Shown: positions 27,149 to 39,714 of the stretch, one piece after another
Layout of the letters: the number at the start of each line of letters is the position of its first letter
How positions within the stretch are numbered: the stretch's first letter is position 1
NCBI GenBank assembly: GCA_050273025.1
Contig: CP158635.1
Location: forward strand, 18,662,001 to 18,726,000
Length of the DNA: 64,000 nucleotides
Reading direction: 5' to 3'
Source: Cenococcum geophilum
Lineage: Eukaryota
Position numbers and translations under genes: made by a program
The notes under the pieces: model-generated
The model's input: only the letters and a program-made list of their open reading frames with translations
Database searches by the model: none
Told to the model about the DNA's origin: nothing

Positions 27149-30100
27149 TGTTGGTTACACAAGGGGGATATCACGTAGCTACGGTTCGTAGATAGTATAA
27201 TAATTGTTATTATTTTTGTTCCAAGAAAGGGGAAGGGTAAAAAACTTAAGGTTCCTTATCACGCTAGTGCCGCAGCAACACGTGACGGCAACTTACCTCA
27301 CATGACGGCAATTTGCCGCATATAGCGGCAATTTACCCTATTCCCAACACTAGCAACTCTTCTTTTTATAGTTGCTATCTATAAACACCTATAGATTGCT
27401 ACTATACAAAAGTACAAAGTTAAGGGGAAGAAGGAAAAGAGAAAGGGTATTAGGGGGTTAACATAAAGACGAGTAGGCCGCTGAGGCGCTAGTAGTAAGC
27501 AAGCCAATGGCGATTTTTCATGCCGGGTATAGAAAATCCTAATTGGCTAGATCAATAAATGGCGTCGGTAGAACTCCACACCGCCACCTAAATTAATTAG
27601 GCGCGGCGCTTTTAGCAAGAATCTAACTAATTAGACAACTTTAACCAGCGGTTAAAGTTCTATAAGATCTTAACTTCTCTAAATTTCCCTCTTAACCTAA
27701 CCTTTAACTCATATATATAGAGTATTTATATTAATAAATATCTCTAGTGCCTTATTTAGGTTTACCTTCGTTATTACATCTACCGGGTTATCTTGGCCAT
27801 TAATTTATTAAATCTTAAAGAGTTTTTAACGCTCGTAGGATTGCCGAAGTACTATAATATTAATTATAAGACGCTTCTCCTTTATGGTGCTAAGCTTAAC
27901 TAAATACTTATAGAGGGAGTATAAGTCGGTACACACGATTATAAAAATAGCGGGAATTTTAAGTTAATCCGTAATTATCTTAAGGGTAGTTCTAATTGTA
28001 ATTACTATATTAACTCCGCTAATTATTCTATATATCTCTAACGCTAGAACGCTTTAAGTAACGCATTTGCTCTTAATTAAGCTCTAATAAATAAGGTTGC
28101 TGTAAATCGTAAAGTTATTCTCTCTAATAGATTCGTTTGCGATAATAATCTTATATCCTAACTAGGAGCTAAAATCTTTATTATTAGCAAACAATCCATT
28201 AACAAACATAAAGATCTTAGCGGTAGAGAGATTAATAGGCATATAGAGTAGCCCTTAGTTAAGATAATTTATCTACTAGGAAAGGCGCTTATTTAGAGCA
28301 AGAACATTATCCTTAGTTAGTTCCTGGTGTTAGGCGGCAATAAAGAGATTAAAGGAAGCCTTAGGTTAACAAATAGAAGCAATATAAGCCCCACAAGCAC
28401 GTTATTCCACGTATCCTTATTTTAGAAAATTAACGTTAATAACGTTAATTTTCTTGCCTTAACCCTTCTAGCGTAAAGCAATGGAATCCTTATTTATAGA
28501 AAGGATACATCTATTAAAGAGCAATAGTGTTATTAAATTAAGTCTTTCCTTTAGCTTTACTATAAGATTTACCTTTACTAGCTTATCTTCTTTAAGAGCT
28601 AAGAATTAGTCGTCTCCTAAGATAATTATATTATTAGTTTATATACCGACAATTCCAAATAGAGTTCCTATAGTTATAATAAGGAAGCAGGGATTAAATA
28701 TAGAAGTAGTCATTAAAAGCTTCTCTTTATAGTGCTTACTGTAAGTAGCCTACTAATAAGTTCCTACCTCTGCAATTCTATATAATGGCTTAAGCACAAC
28801 CATAATTATATCTTTAGGATACTGGTGGCGAATTTACTCTAGAAGGTATGCTAATATTAAGCGCTAAAGGTGCGTCTCTAATTAGGTGTAGGCTTAAGTA
28901 ATATCTTACAAATAAACTGCCATTCTATTCTTTATTAAGGAGGAAGCTAATACAACAATGACTCGCTAACTAGCTCATTAAATTGTAAAAGATTGTGTAA
29001 GAATTATCTCTTTACTATTATCGTTGTAACCTTAGATAATAAGCCTTAATTTCTCAAATGGGGCGTTAGTAGCTTTGCCCTTAATCTCATTAACTATTCT
29101 TAACTTAAAGATGCGAACTCTATTAAACTTAATAGGGTTATATTTCTTAAATTTAAAGACTCCTCTTATAATAAGACCGTCAATCTCCTGCTTATCGGAT
29201 GCTTAAAAAGGAGCTCTTAGGGTTATAATACGACCTTCCTTTTAGAGCTGTTTTGCGAGCTTAAAGTTAGCCTTCTCTTTAGCTGTTATAAAGGCCATTA
29301 ATAACTTAACTCTACTCTCTATAGCAGCAACAAATTGCTCTTTAAAATTAATAAGATATTGGCAATTTCGTGATCCCTTTGGGCAACCTCTACCGCGTTA
29401 TAGTTGCGGCACGTCTACTATAATTGTATTAGGATCACAGTCGCCTTCTAGGGCACGTTAATTATGGTTCTCCTCTAGGGCATCTTCTAGGGTATCTTTT
29501 AGGGCATCCTGCAAAGGCTTAGAACTATTATCTTTATAGTAGGGCCTAATAACGGTTAAACGGAATTAAGTAGGTCTATAGGGCATCTAAAGAATATAAG
29601 TTTAACTATTAATTATAATAAGTTTATATAGGCCTAACCATCCTCCCTTTTCACGCCATACCTATACTTTAGATTAGAGTGGCAGATTAAGCGTAGTTAA
29701 GGTATTTAGGCCATTTCTTATTCCTAGTATGTTATTAACCTAGCGCGTAGCGTATAGACGTTAGACCTCCTTTATTGCTTTATAAATAGCCTTAGCTTAT
29801 TACACAATAGAGGGAGATAGTAGAGAATTGTTAGTTATTTAAGGGTAGGCGCTAAAGACTAGTAATATAGGTACGAGTCCATCCGGGCCAGCGGAATTAT
29901 TAATAGCTTTAATAGCCATTTATAAGGTAAGTTCTTCGCTAGCATCCTTTAGTTCTAAAGAGATAATCTTATATACGCGGCGTAATAGCGCGTAATATCG
30001 CTCCACTTTTTTAATACTATTATATACCTTAATAGGGACTTCCTTAACCTTAATTGCTATTACCTTTATTTATTATCGGAACTCTATAGATAAGAAGTTC

Positions 30101-33100
30101 TTTCCTATATTATAAATAATTTAATTAGGGGGTCCTAGGTAGACATCGATCTAGTATAACTAAAGGGTATCCTATACGTTTCTAGCTAATATATCCCTTA
30201 AGAAACGTGCGGCTTAAAAGGAGGTTAATAAGTTAACAGCTTAAAGGACTGGCTTGCCATTAAGATATATAACATTAATAATAATACAGAAGTTAAAGTC
30301 GTAGTTATTTTTAAGGGTAAACTTAAATCGGCCAGGGGACTTCTAGTTCATTTAGTAGTAATAGTAGTACTTTATAAGATACTTAATTGCCTTAACCTTA
30401 ACTTTATAACCTGCTTATTAAAGAACCCTAAGCAGTTAGTAAACGGATAGGTGGCCAAAATAACGGTGTAGTTAACGTAGCTCTGACTTGGTTAAGTAAC
30501 TCTAAGCAACGCTCCTTTCTAGTTATTAGAGGAGCAACTAAGGGTAACCCCACTTGCGTACAACGGGCACCCAATTATCTCCCTAAATAAGCATATTCTT
30601 AAGGTTATTAAGCTTAACGCCTAATTTATCTATATCTTAGATACAGAATAGGAACGGGGTATTCGCGGGAATAATATAGAAGGTAATATATCCTAATAGG
30701 GTTTGGACCTTAATTGTGCCGAGAGAGATTATAGTACCCTTACCAAAGCAAATTGTATATTAGCCTACCGTTAATTAGTCAATTTAAACAGAGCTATTAA
30801 GCTGCTAAAGAGCTCGAACTTAAGGTTCTCCTACTATAAATACTCCTACGGCTCTAGTATCTAGTATAATACTATAGAAGACGTTCGCCGAGTATCTATT
30901 GTTAAAGGAGAACGCAGAACTTTCCTTTGGCTTATTAAAGATATTTAACTTTATAACAGAATGGAACATAGATTAGTTATTAAGGATAGCGACGGTTTAT
31001 ATACCATTTACCTTACTATACTCAGTAAAGTATTAATTAGGAGAGTAGTCCTTAATATCTATATCTATAAGGAGCTATTCGGCCTTATTAACCTTATCCT
31101 TAAGGTCTTCTATACCTTTATATTAGACTAGAAAGCTTTAGAAGTAGGCTATAGTAACCTTATAATTTTTAATGTTTCTTACACTCTATTGGAACTTATT
31201 ATATACCTCCTTTCACTTATTAAGAGAGTGTCTATTTAACTAGCAATTTAGCTTCTTATAAACGTAGCACTTCTTCTAACGGTTGTTCTAAAATAAACCT
31301 CCACAAGGACCTCTACGATTGCTTTATAGTCGATATTAATTATACCCTCTACCATATCCCCTACTCCGGCCACCATATATTTAATTAGTCTAGTTATAAT
31401 TATATTAGTCTAGAATCTCGGTTTAAATAGGGTTTTTAGTATAGAATTGTTGGGGTTCTTATATTCGCATTATAGTGCCTATAGCAGAGCATAGTTTAGT
31501 ATATACTCCTTTAAATATATCTACAGGTTTATATAGCGCTAAGTTACACTTAGGAACGCTACGGCATGCTAAAATAACCTAGTCCCTTAAACTGTTCTTG
31601 TTTTAGTAGGTTTTAGTAAAACCATATTAGATTTTCTAGAGTTTATTAAAGAGTAGTTAAAGACACTCTAGGTAAGTCGTTGTCGGGTTAAAAGCGATAA
31701 CTCTCTAAAATATAGTCTCCCGCTATTCGGATATATAGAGTTAGCAGTTCTTATCGGTTTTAAAGTAGGCTCTAGTAAGCTAAAGCATTATATTAAAGCT
31801 ATAGTTTTTACCTATAATATGGTCGTAATAGAACGTTGCCGCCCGTCCCTTTAATATAATAGAGAAAGCATAATGGAACTAGTGGCATTAAATTCCAACC
31901 TTATTACAGCAGTTATAAAAGACCTATAGTTTTACTCCAAGTATATCGTATAATTCTCCTCTAAACTTCTTCTCTTCGTCCAAATATACCTTTATTAGAT
32001 TCGTGACTTCTTAAGATAGAGGCTTATTAATTAGCTAGGATAGAGAAGTTAGAGGTAATAAAGGTAGAGGAAGAGCACCTTTAGGTGGGAGAGTACCTCT
32101 AGGTAGGAGAGTAGCGTTCTAGGGGTTTCGTTCCGAATTAAAGTTACCTTCCAAAGAATATAGGTTGGTTTTAGGTTTCCGTAGTTAACGTATAATCTTA
32201 GCTTCCGTCTATACTAGTTCTTCTATACTAGTAAGAATGGCGTAAATATTACTAGCAATTGGGTTACCATCCTTAGTAACGTACACCCTATTCCTTTAGA
32301 GGGAGTCTTAAAAATCCTAAATAATATTAACATTACTAAGTGCCTAGGTGTCGGCGGTCCATCCTATAAAATCCTCCCTAAAGTATTCCCATAACTATAA
32401 ATCGGTATAGTAGCTATCTTAGTAGAATAGAATATAGTGTAGGAGAAAGCCGTTAACTTGTTTTACGGTATAGGTTATTATATTAAAGGTAAATACGTCC
32501 TAATCTTTATCGATAAGTTTCGCGTATATAGCTACCCCTAGTAGTAAGGAGTCTCTTTAGTTATTTGGAGTGGCTATAGTTATGTCTTTGGAGGAAGGGA
32601 ATATTAGTAGTATAGGGATTGTTATTTAGTACGCGTTCGTGACATATATTTGCAATTATAGGGCTTAGGACTAGTTCTAGCCTTAAATCGCAAAGACTTA
32701 TAAAGCGTATTATTCTGCGTAATAGATATAAGAATCTATAATCTAGGGAAGGCTTAAGACTAGTTCTAGCCTTTAGATCCTTAGATTTATAAAAGAGTTC
32801 TATTTAAGGTTTAGGACCAGTTCTAACCTTAAAAGACAGCTTCCCTTAGCATAAGTAGCACTAGTATAGTGGCTCGTCTCTTCTTAGTAAATACCTAGCT
32901 GTTCTATAGCATAACTATAAAGTTAACCACTAATTAGTGTTAGTTACATAAGGGGGATATCACATAGCTACGGTTCGTAGATAGTATAATAATTATTATT
33001 GTTTTTGTTCTAAGAAAGGGGAAGGGTAAGGAACTTAAGGTTCCTTACCACGCTAGTGCCGCGGCAACACGTAACGGCAACTTGCCTTACGTGACGGCAA

Positions 33101-33138
33101 TTTGCCGCATATAGTGGCAATTTGCCCTATTCCCAACA
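27149..33138 (-). mobile_element. Full-length Ty1/Copia element G (5990 bp) nested in F
   Basis: 201-bp LTRs at 27149-27349 and 32938-33138; TSD GTAGG at 27144-27148 and 33139-33143; Copia motifs FGIVGI (~28640-28660), de-RIP QPEASFDLS (~28340-28370) and LRQLHRYFGH (~30455-30485). Confidence 0.95.
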
Positions 33139-34779
33139 GTAGGGTAGGCTTTAACCTTGGCTTCTTGGGGTATATTAGCTCTACTATAGAGGTTATAGAA
33201 GATGGTAAGTTTAAAGTTAAAGTTGTTATCTTCTTTACTATACTTATTGTCTTCTATGTATATCTTTACGAGGTTTATTAACTCCTTGCCGAAACCCTAG
33301 TTTAATAAGGTAGGTTATATTAACGAGATAGGTTATAGGGTTAGTGAGGTTAAGGTTGGGGTTTTAATGGTAGTTTATAAGATTAGATTTTTAGTAGTAT
33401 TAGTACTAGTACTAGTACTAGCGAAGTTGTTCTTAAGGAGGTAGTTAATTCGTCCTAAATTAAACTTCCCTTTGGCTGCTATGTACTTTTTAATCTTAAG
33501 CTTAGTTTACTCTATAGGTTCTTATTCTTATAGGGTGTTAAATAGCGATTTAGGAATTGTAGCGTTTCTATACTTTCTTACCTATACGCCGTTAGTTTAT
33601 AGGAGTAATTAAAGCTTTCTAATGTATGTCTGGTTACAGTTTTTAAAGATTTATACTATAAAGTTTTGGAAATTATCCTTATAGGCTTCCTATAGTTTAT
33701 TGTCTTTAAAGTTATAGACCTTATATTCTAAGGTCTTAAACTGTATAAAGTTATTAATGTCTGTAATATTGATGTCATTAGAGTCTATATCGATTCCTCT
33801 GCCCTACTTCTTTTGTCCTTTTCTAACTTATTGCCTAATATCTGTTATAGTGGTTTTTGTAATAACGGGTGAGTTTGTGTAATGGTTGTAGGGTTTAAAA
33901 TACGTAATAGACGCGAACTAAGGTTCTTTATTTTATTAAGTTTTAATTTTTAGGTTTTAAAACGTGTAATAAATATAAAACTAAGGGCCTATTAGGGGGT
34001 TAGTTCCTTAAGTACCTAACGCCTTTTAGAGTGCGTAATAGACGCGAACTAAGGGCCTGTTAAGGGGTTGGTTCTTTAAGTATCTAAGGACTATATGTAA
34101 AGAATTAAGGGCCTATTAGGGGGTTGTTTTTTTAGATATATATTAACTAATACTTCTTAGCAAATAGGTTTAGTAGAGGCCTATAAGCAGGGACTAATTA
34201 AGCTCGTCTTTCTTTATAGGTAGTACGTCTCCTAATCTATAATTACTAATTAGTGTTGGTATCACTTCTGGTAATATGTAATGCTATTGCAATAGTATAG
34301 GGTAGTAACTAATTTTGATTAATGCTTATTAATTCTTCTATTTTATAGGTGGAATTTGGTAGATTTCCTAAGCTTACTTAGTTTACGTAACTAACCTAAT
34401 TAGTTATAGATAACCTTGTTTAGATAATAATAGTAGGTAAATAAGTATAGGTGTGAGGTGAGGATGTGGATAGGGAGCTCAATGATGGAACAATAGGGTA
34501 TATTGTATAGACAGAGACGAATCCTTAAGGGAGAAGGAGGAGTCTGAGGTGCGAGGTAAGGGGTTTCTATAGGCACGTGCAGCGTACGTGCCTCACAGGC
34601 GAGTCGCCTGCGGGTCGCCTGTACCTCGCAGCTATATAACTATATGCTCAGGTTTCACCTAACAATGCCCCCCCCTTTAAAAAGGGTCGTCCCCAATCCT
34701 TTACATACTCAGGCCTTAATAAAACCCCATAAAAAACCTTAATAAGGAAAAATTGAAAAGGGAAAGAGTGTCCTAATTT

Positions 34780-36085
34780 TGCGTACGAAAAGATAGGTAT
34801 ATACTTTGCCGGTAAGTTATAGGTTATTTGTATATAGCTAGGCGTATAGTAGTAAGGCAGTATGCCCGTTAAATCCACCGCTAACCCCATACTTTGGCCT
34901 TATACTATACCTACGTAGCATATAGAGATTCCGCCAAGTTTTGCTAAATTCTACTAAATTCTGCCAAATTCTAGATGCGTACTTATATAAGTAGGTCGCT
35001 AATACCTTACGGGTAGGTTATAGGTTATTCGCATACAGCCAGATTTATGGACGGTAAGGCTATATACCTATTAAATCCGCCGCTAACCCCGCTTTAGTCT
35101 TACGCTATACCGGCGTAGCGCCGTGTATACTTTATGGGTAGGTTGTAGGTTATTTGCATATAGCCAGACGTATAGTAGTAGGGTAGTATACCTATTAAAT
35201 CTACCGCCGACTTTATACTTTAGCCTTGCGTTATCTACGTAGCACATACGTAGCATATACGTAGTTACGTTAGGTCGCGATGCGCCTACGCAAGGTATGC
35301 GTTTAGGGGTATACGGTATCCGAGTCTTTTGCCTATCTAACGTTGGGTCGCGATACGCCTGCGTATAATATACGTTTAGGGGTATGTGGTATCTAAGTCT
35401 GATATATAAATTGTCGGTATAGGTTACTACTAGTAGGTTACTAGCAGGTTATAGACCCTAGTTAAAGGACCCTAGTTACGGATGGATCTATCCTCTAAGA
35501 TATAAGTTATTAGTATAGGTTGCTACTAGTAGGTTACTAGCGGGTTAAAGGACTTCGGTTAAAGGACCCCAGTTATAGGCGGTATCTATTACTAGTAGGG
35601 ACTTGCCCCTAAGTTAGCTAATTATGTATAGAGTGTAAAGCGTCCCTTTTGCTCCACGGATAAAATCGACTAGTAACTCATAGGGTTATTAGGTTGCGAT
35701 GCGCCTGCATAAGGTATATACTTAGGGGTATACAGTATCCGAGCTTTCTTTTCTCTAACGTCGGGTCGCGATATACCTACGCACGATGTGCGTTTAGGGT
35801 ATATGGTATCCAAGTCTTCTTCCCATTTGATATTAGGTCGCGATGCGCCTATACAAGGTATATATTTAGGGTATACGTTATCTAAGTCTTTATAGAGTAA
35901 TGTATACATCGTTAGTATAGGTTACTACTAGTAGGTTACTAGTAGGTTATAGACCCTGGTTAAAGGACCCTGGTTACGGATAGGCCTATTATATAATATA
36001 TATATATAGTTGTTGGTGCAGGTTACTACTAGTAGGTCACTAGCAGGTCGAAGGACCCTGGTTAAAGAACCCCGGTTATAGACGG
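34780..36085. repeat. Three families of internal direct repeats in H
   Basis: GGTCGCGATRCGCCT..GGTATRCGTTTAGGGGTAT unit x5 (35271-35400, 35690-35890); AGGTTACTACTAGYAGGTTACTAG..TTAAAGGACCC unit x4 (35420-35580, 35915-36080); TTAAATCCRCCGCTAACCCC unit x3 (34810-35230). Confidence 0.85.
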
Positions 36086-36089
36086 ACCT

Positions 36090-37281
36090 ACTACCTATTA
36101 CCTAACGGCTAGGACTTATCTATAACGGCTTACCGCTAGTGTTCTTTATGGTTACTGCTTGCGTTCCTCTAGTGAGTTATAGGTATAGCGCCAGCGTCTA
36201 GGGGGTCCTTAGGGCCATCTGGCTGTTAAGTAGTCTTCCTAGGAGTTTACTTAGGAAAGCCTCGCCTTTTTTAGGTTCTGTCTTCTAAATCTAACCCTAT
36301 AGAGCTTATGCTATAACTGCGCTTTAAGTATAAGGATCTATTACTAACTATGCAATCTTCCGCAAGCTTTATAATGTTAAGTAATTGCTCTATACGGCGG
36401 ACTTTAGTAAAGAGGTCCTTAGTAGTTCTTACCTGTGCAGTAAAGTTCTGGCGGAAGAGCTTTGCTTATAGGTAGGTTGGGAGATATAAGAATTAAAAGT
36501 CTACTTGCTAATTAGGATTAATAAAGGGGGTATATAATAAGAGGTCCTCTAAGCTATATATACGGGCTAAGAAGGTGTTAAACTTTTGGTTCTCCTTTAT
36601 TACAGTTATATAGTACGCAGTAGTATTATTAAAGCGTCTTACTATAGGGTCCTTAATCTGGTCTTGGACTATAGTCTTAAATTCGTCCTATAGTAAAGGA
36701 CCTTTATCTTTAGCGCCCAGCCGGCGATATACTAGTTAAGTAATTGTCTTTATTTTTATAAGACCTTTAATGGCCTAATACGTACGTCGCTCGCAGTTAT
36801 AGTTAGCGTCGTTAACCTTAAATTAGTTCTTAACTGCGGCGATCCACTAGTTAAACTTCTGTTAAATAGTGCTACTAATATTAGGCGGTAACTTCTTAAC
36901 TAGGGCGTTAAGATTTATTTGGCGTATACGCTCGCTATATAACTTATATTCTTTACTTAAGAGATAATAATAATAGGAGGGCTTTGTTGAGTTAACAATA
37001 CTCTATAAGTTGGCTATTTTTTTAGCTAGCTTATCTAGCTTCTTTAGGTTAGTAGTATTTGGTAGAACGCTAGTAACCTTATTAAGCTCCTGTTAAGCCT
37101 AGGTATATAAGTTAAACTAGTCTCTAGCGTTCATAGATGTCTAATCATCTTAAGATTTAGAAGGTAGCCTAGATATTACTAGTGTAGAGGGTTTATCTGC
37201 ACTAGATCCTAAGGCGTTCTGCCATTATATCGCGGGCGTATTGCCGTTAAGTATAGGGGTTGATTTTATCTTTGGAGGCAT
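36090..37281 (-). pseudogene. gag: gag-like ORF of H, RIP-degraded (3' end approximate)
   Basis: Starts MPPKIKS at 37281 just inside the 5' LTR; position and length are gag-like; homology not verified. Confidence 0.55.
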
Positions 37282-38139
37282 CGTAGATCGTAGGAAAATT
37301 AAACCGGCTATCCTCCTAAAGGGATTGGTAAGGATTTGAATGTAAGGTGAGGATGTAGATAGGGAGCTTAATAATGGAATAATAGGGTATATTGTATAGA
37401 CAGAGACGAATCCTTAAGGGAGAAGGAGGAGTCTAAGGTGCGAGGTAAGGGGTTTCCATAGGCACGTGTAGCGTACATACCTTACAGGCGAGTCGCCTGC
37501 GGGTCACCTATACCTCGCAGCTATATAACTATATACTTAGGTTTCACCTAACAATAGGCGAGAGCCTAACTTTACTATAGGAGATATAGTTTAGGTTATA
37601 ATAAAGAACTAGAAGATGGAACGACCTAGCTATAAGCTAGACTATTAGATAGTAGGACTATATAAGGTTTTTAAGAAGATAGGCAACTTATATAAAGTAA
37701 AGCTTCTAGATTTACTTAAGGTTTACCCTATTTTCTCTTTAAATAAACTATAAAAAGCTATAAATAACCTATTACCTAAATAAAAGAATAAACCTCCCCT
37801 ACTAATTTAAGTTAATAGCGATAATAAATAGGAAATTAAAGAAATACTAGCCTATAAGCTTATAAGGGGACGTTAAAATATTATATTAGTTAAAAAGGGT
37901 ATAACCTAAACCCTACTTAGTACCCTATATAGAACTTTATAGGTAGTCTCTATAGGCTTTAAAAGTTTTATAGTCGTTACCCTAATAAACCTAGACCCTT
38001 AAAGTACCTTAATAAGTAAATAGAGTACTAGAATAGCGAAGATAATAAGCTGCCTATTAAGTATAAAGATAAGAATACCCTATAGATATAATATAGACGT
38101 ATAAAGCCTAAGAGCAGGCTTTTTTAAAGGGGGTGGTAA

Positions 38140-38611
38140 TGTTACGGCGCTAGTAGAAACTAGTAGAAACTAGTGGATTGTAGCTAATAGATATTGGTAG
38201 ATTATAGTAGATTGTTATAGCTTGTATAAATGCCTCTGAACCAAAGCTTGTTAAATGCTGTATTATGAAGATACTAAGCTAAGGAGAAGGAAAAGGGGTT
38301 GCTAGGACTAATGTAAACAAATATATAGGGTAAGCTGCTAAGGCGCTAGCTTTAGGCGAGCTAATCGTAGGTTAGCAGAATTTGGTAGGTAATGTATAGT
38401 AGTGCCATTATATAGATAGTTGCAGATAGTTTTATATAGTTTTAAATAATTGCCGTTATGTAACTAGAGGATTGTATATAACGTTAAGCGAAGCTACCCC
38501 CTATCTTCTTTCCTTTCTTTAGCTTTAGATCCTTATTTATAGACTACTAACTATATAGGCTTACCCGTCCCTCTTACTGTGCTTATGCCTTAATTAACTA
38601 AGTTACTAATA
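38140..38611 (+). repeat. 3' LTR of C0, long variant (472 bp)
   Basis: Same ends as the K/L/D LTRs (TGTTACGGC...AGTYRCTAAYA) with more than 220 bp of extra U3 sequence; follows the PPT. Confidence 0.88.
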
Positions 38612-39165
38612 CTGTATATCCGTTAAGTAGTATATTTCTACCCTTATCCGTAAACTAGTCCTTTTCCTATTATACGTCCCTTTATTATAGAATCTTTAGG
38701 TGCTTTTAAATATTATCCTCCTATAGAAACTAGTGGCTATTTATCCCTATAGCCTTTTATGCCTAGTAGAGATCTATTAGGGCTATAATATAGCTGTAAA
38801 CTAAGCGCTAGAAAAGCCGCGTCTTATCCTAAGGTATGTTATTACTAGCCTTATGGCTTTTTACTTTTAGGGGCTAGCCTATAACCTTCTAAATAAGGAA
38901 AAGGAGTTGCTTCTCTTCCGTAATAATATTGCTATTATAGTACTGCTTCTTCTTATAAAAGGCCTAGAAAGATACGCGTTAGCTATAAATATACTACTTT
39001 GTAAAGCACCTAGCTACTTACCTTAAACTCCTTCCGCTTCGGCTTATAATTTAAAGATGTATTTTTAGGCCTCTTGGTATATATAAGGGCGAGGATACTC
39101 TGCGCGTTAGCGCGTAGTTTGGTATTATTCGCGACGTTAATCTTTACGCGACTAATTAACGCCAT
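38612..39165 (-). pseudogene. 5' part of a Crypton/Ndc10-Gcr1-type tyrosine recombinase gene, interrupted by C0
   Basis: Exon 1 (39165-39022, 48 codons) ends RPKNTSLNYKPKRKEFK; 58-nt intron GTAAGT..GCTAAC..TAG (39021-38964); exon 2 de-RIP AFCEKKQYHDGDTVTEEKQLLFL...YITALTDLY..QK..G.N...FADKGRDTLLDGYT. I recognise these motifs from fungal Crypton-type proteins; the catalytic domain is not in the window. Confidence 0.72.
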
Positions 39166-39714
39166 TTTTAAGATAGGACGCTGCTAGAGAAGCGGCGCCT
39201 TAGGGGGGTTCCTATTTTTTTATATATACGCAGATATAGACCGGGGAGGAGAGGTAGAGAAAGTATACCTACTTTACTTACTAACCGCTTAGCGACGCGG
39301 ATAAGTAACCTTACTGTATAGGGTAAATATATGGGCGTACGGCTGGCCTAATAGGCTAATAGTATGCGTGTATTAGCGACTTAATTAGCGGGGGTAAAGA
39401 TATTTAAAGTTGTCTATGGCTTAGCTATAGGCTCGGCCGTAGACATTCGCGAATGTCGATGGGTTGTCTTAGTATGCTTAGACTAAGAAACCGATAAATA
39501 TCTGCTGTGTAGATTATTGAATATCCGCAAGCTAACCTATTTAATTGATTTATTTGTTCCTTAGTCTAAGCCACTTTAGTAAGCTTTTAGAAGCTAAGCC
39601 GCTCTGTTTATATAAGGTAAACTATTAACTTTAATAAAATTAATATAAGCAATTACTACGTCTATTATCCTATAAATACCTGCGTTAGAATCGCCTTAAT
39701 TAGTTCTCTAATTA

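Larger units (their letters stand above)
22583..34426 (-). mobile_element. Ty1/Copia LTR retrotransposon F, interrupted in gag by element G
   Basis: 173-bp LTRs at 22583-22755 and 34254-34426; TSD ATAAC (22578-22582) / ATAAT (34427-34431, one C>T); integrase lies upstream of RT on the minus strand. Confidence 0.93.
34452..37553 (-). mobile_element. Non-autonomous gag-only LTR element H (3102 bp)
   Basis: 213-bp LTRs at 34452-34664 and 37341-37553; TSD ATAGG at 34447-34451 and 37554-37558; minus-strand PPT (poly-C at ~34668); no RT or integrase motifs recognisable. Confidence 0.9.
15040..38611 (+). mobile_element. 3' half of Gypsy chromovirus C0 (family of D, K and L), split by D, F and H; 5' half lies before the window
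   Basis: Own segments 15040-16542, 22378-22582, 34432-34451 and 37559-38611 are collinear with K 52901-55445 (RNase H, integrase, chromodomain, PPT 38126-38136, LTR). Confidence 0.92.

Noticed and set aside
27477..27548. Hammerhead ribozyme in the shared module
   Set aside because: I could not assemble a CUGANGA/GAAA core with three stems.
34648..35909. Three short track ORFs inside element H
   Set aside because: They overlap the PPT/LTR and internal repeat units on both strands; no recognisable protein.
38612..39165. Starship captain (DUF3435) gene
   Set aside because: The motifs I can read fit Crypton/Ndc10-type proteins; no Starship boundary or cargo genes are visible. An HMM search is needed to exclude it formally.
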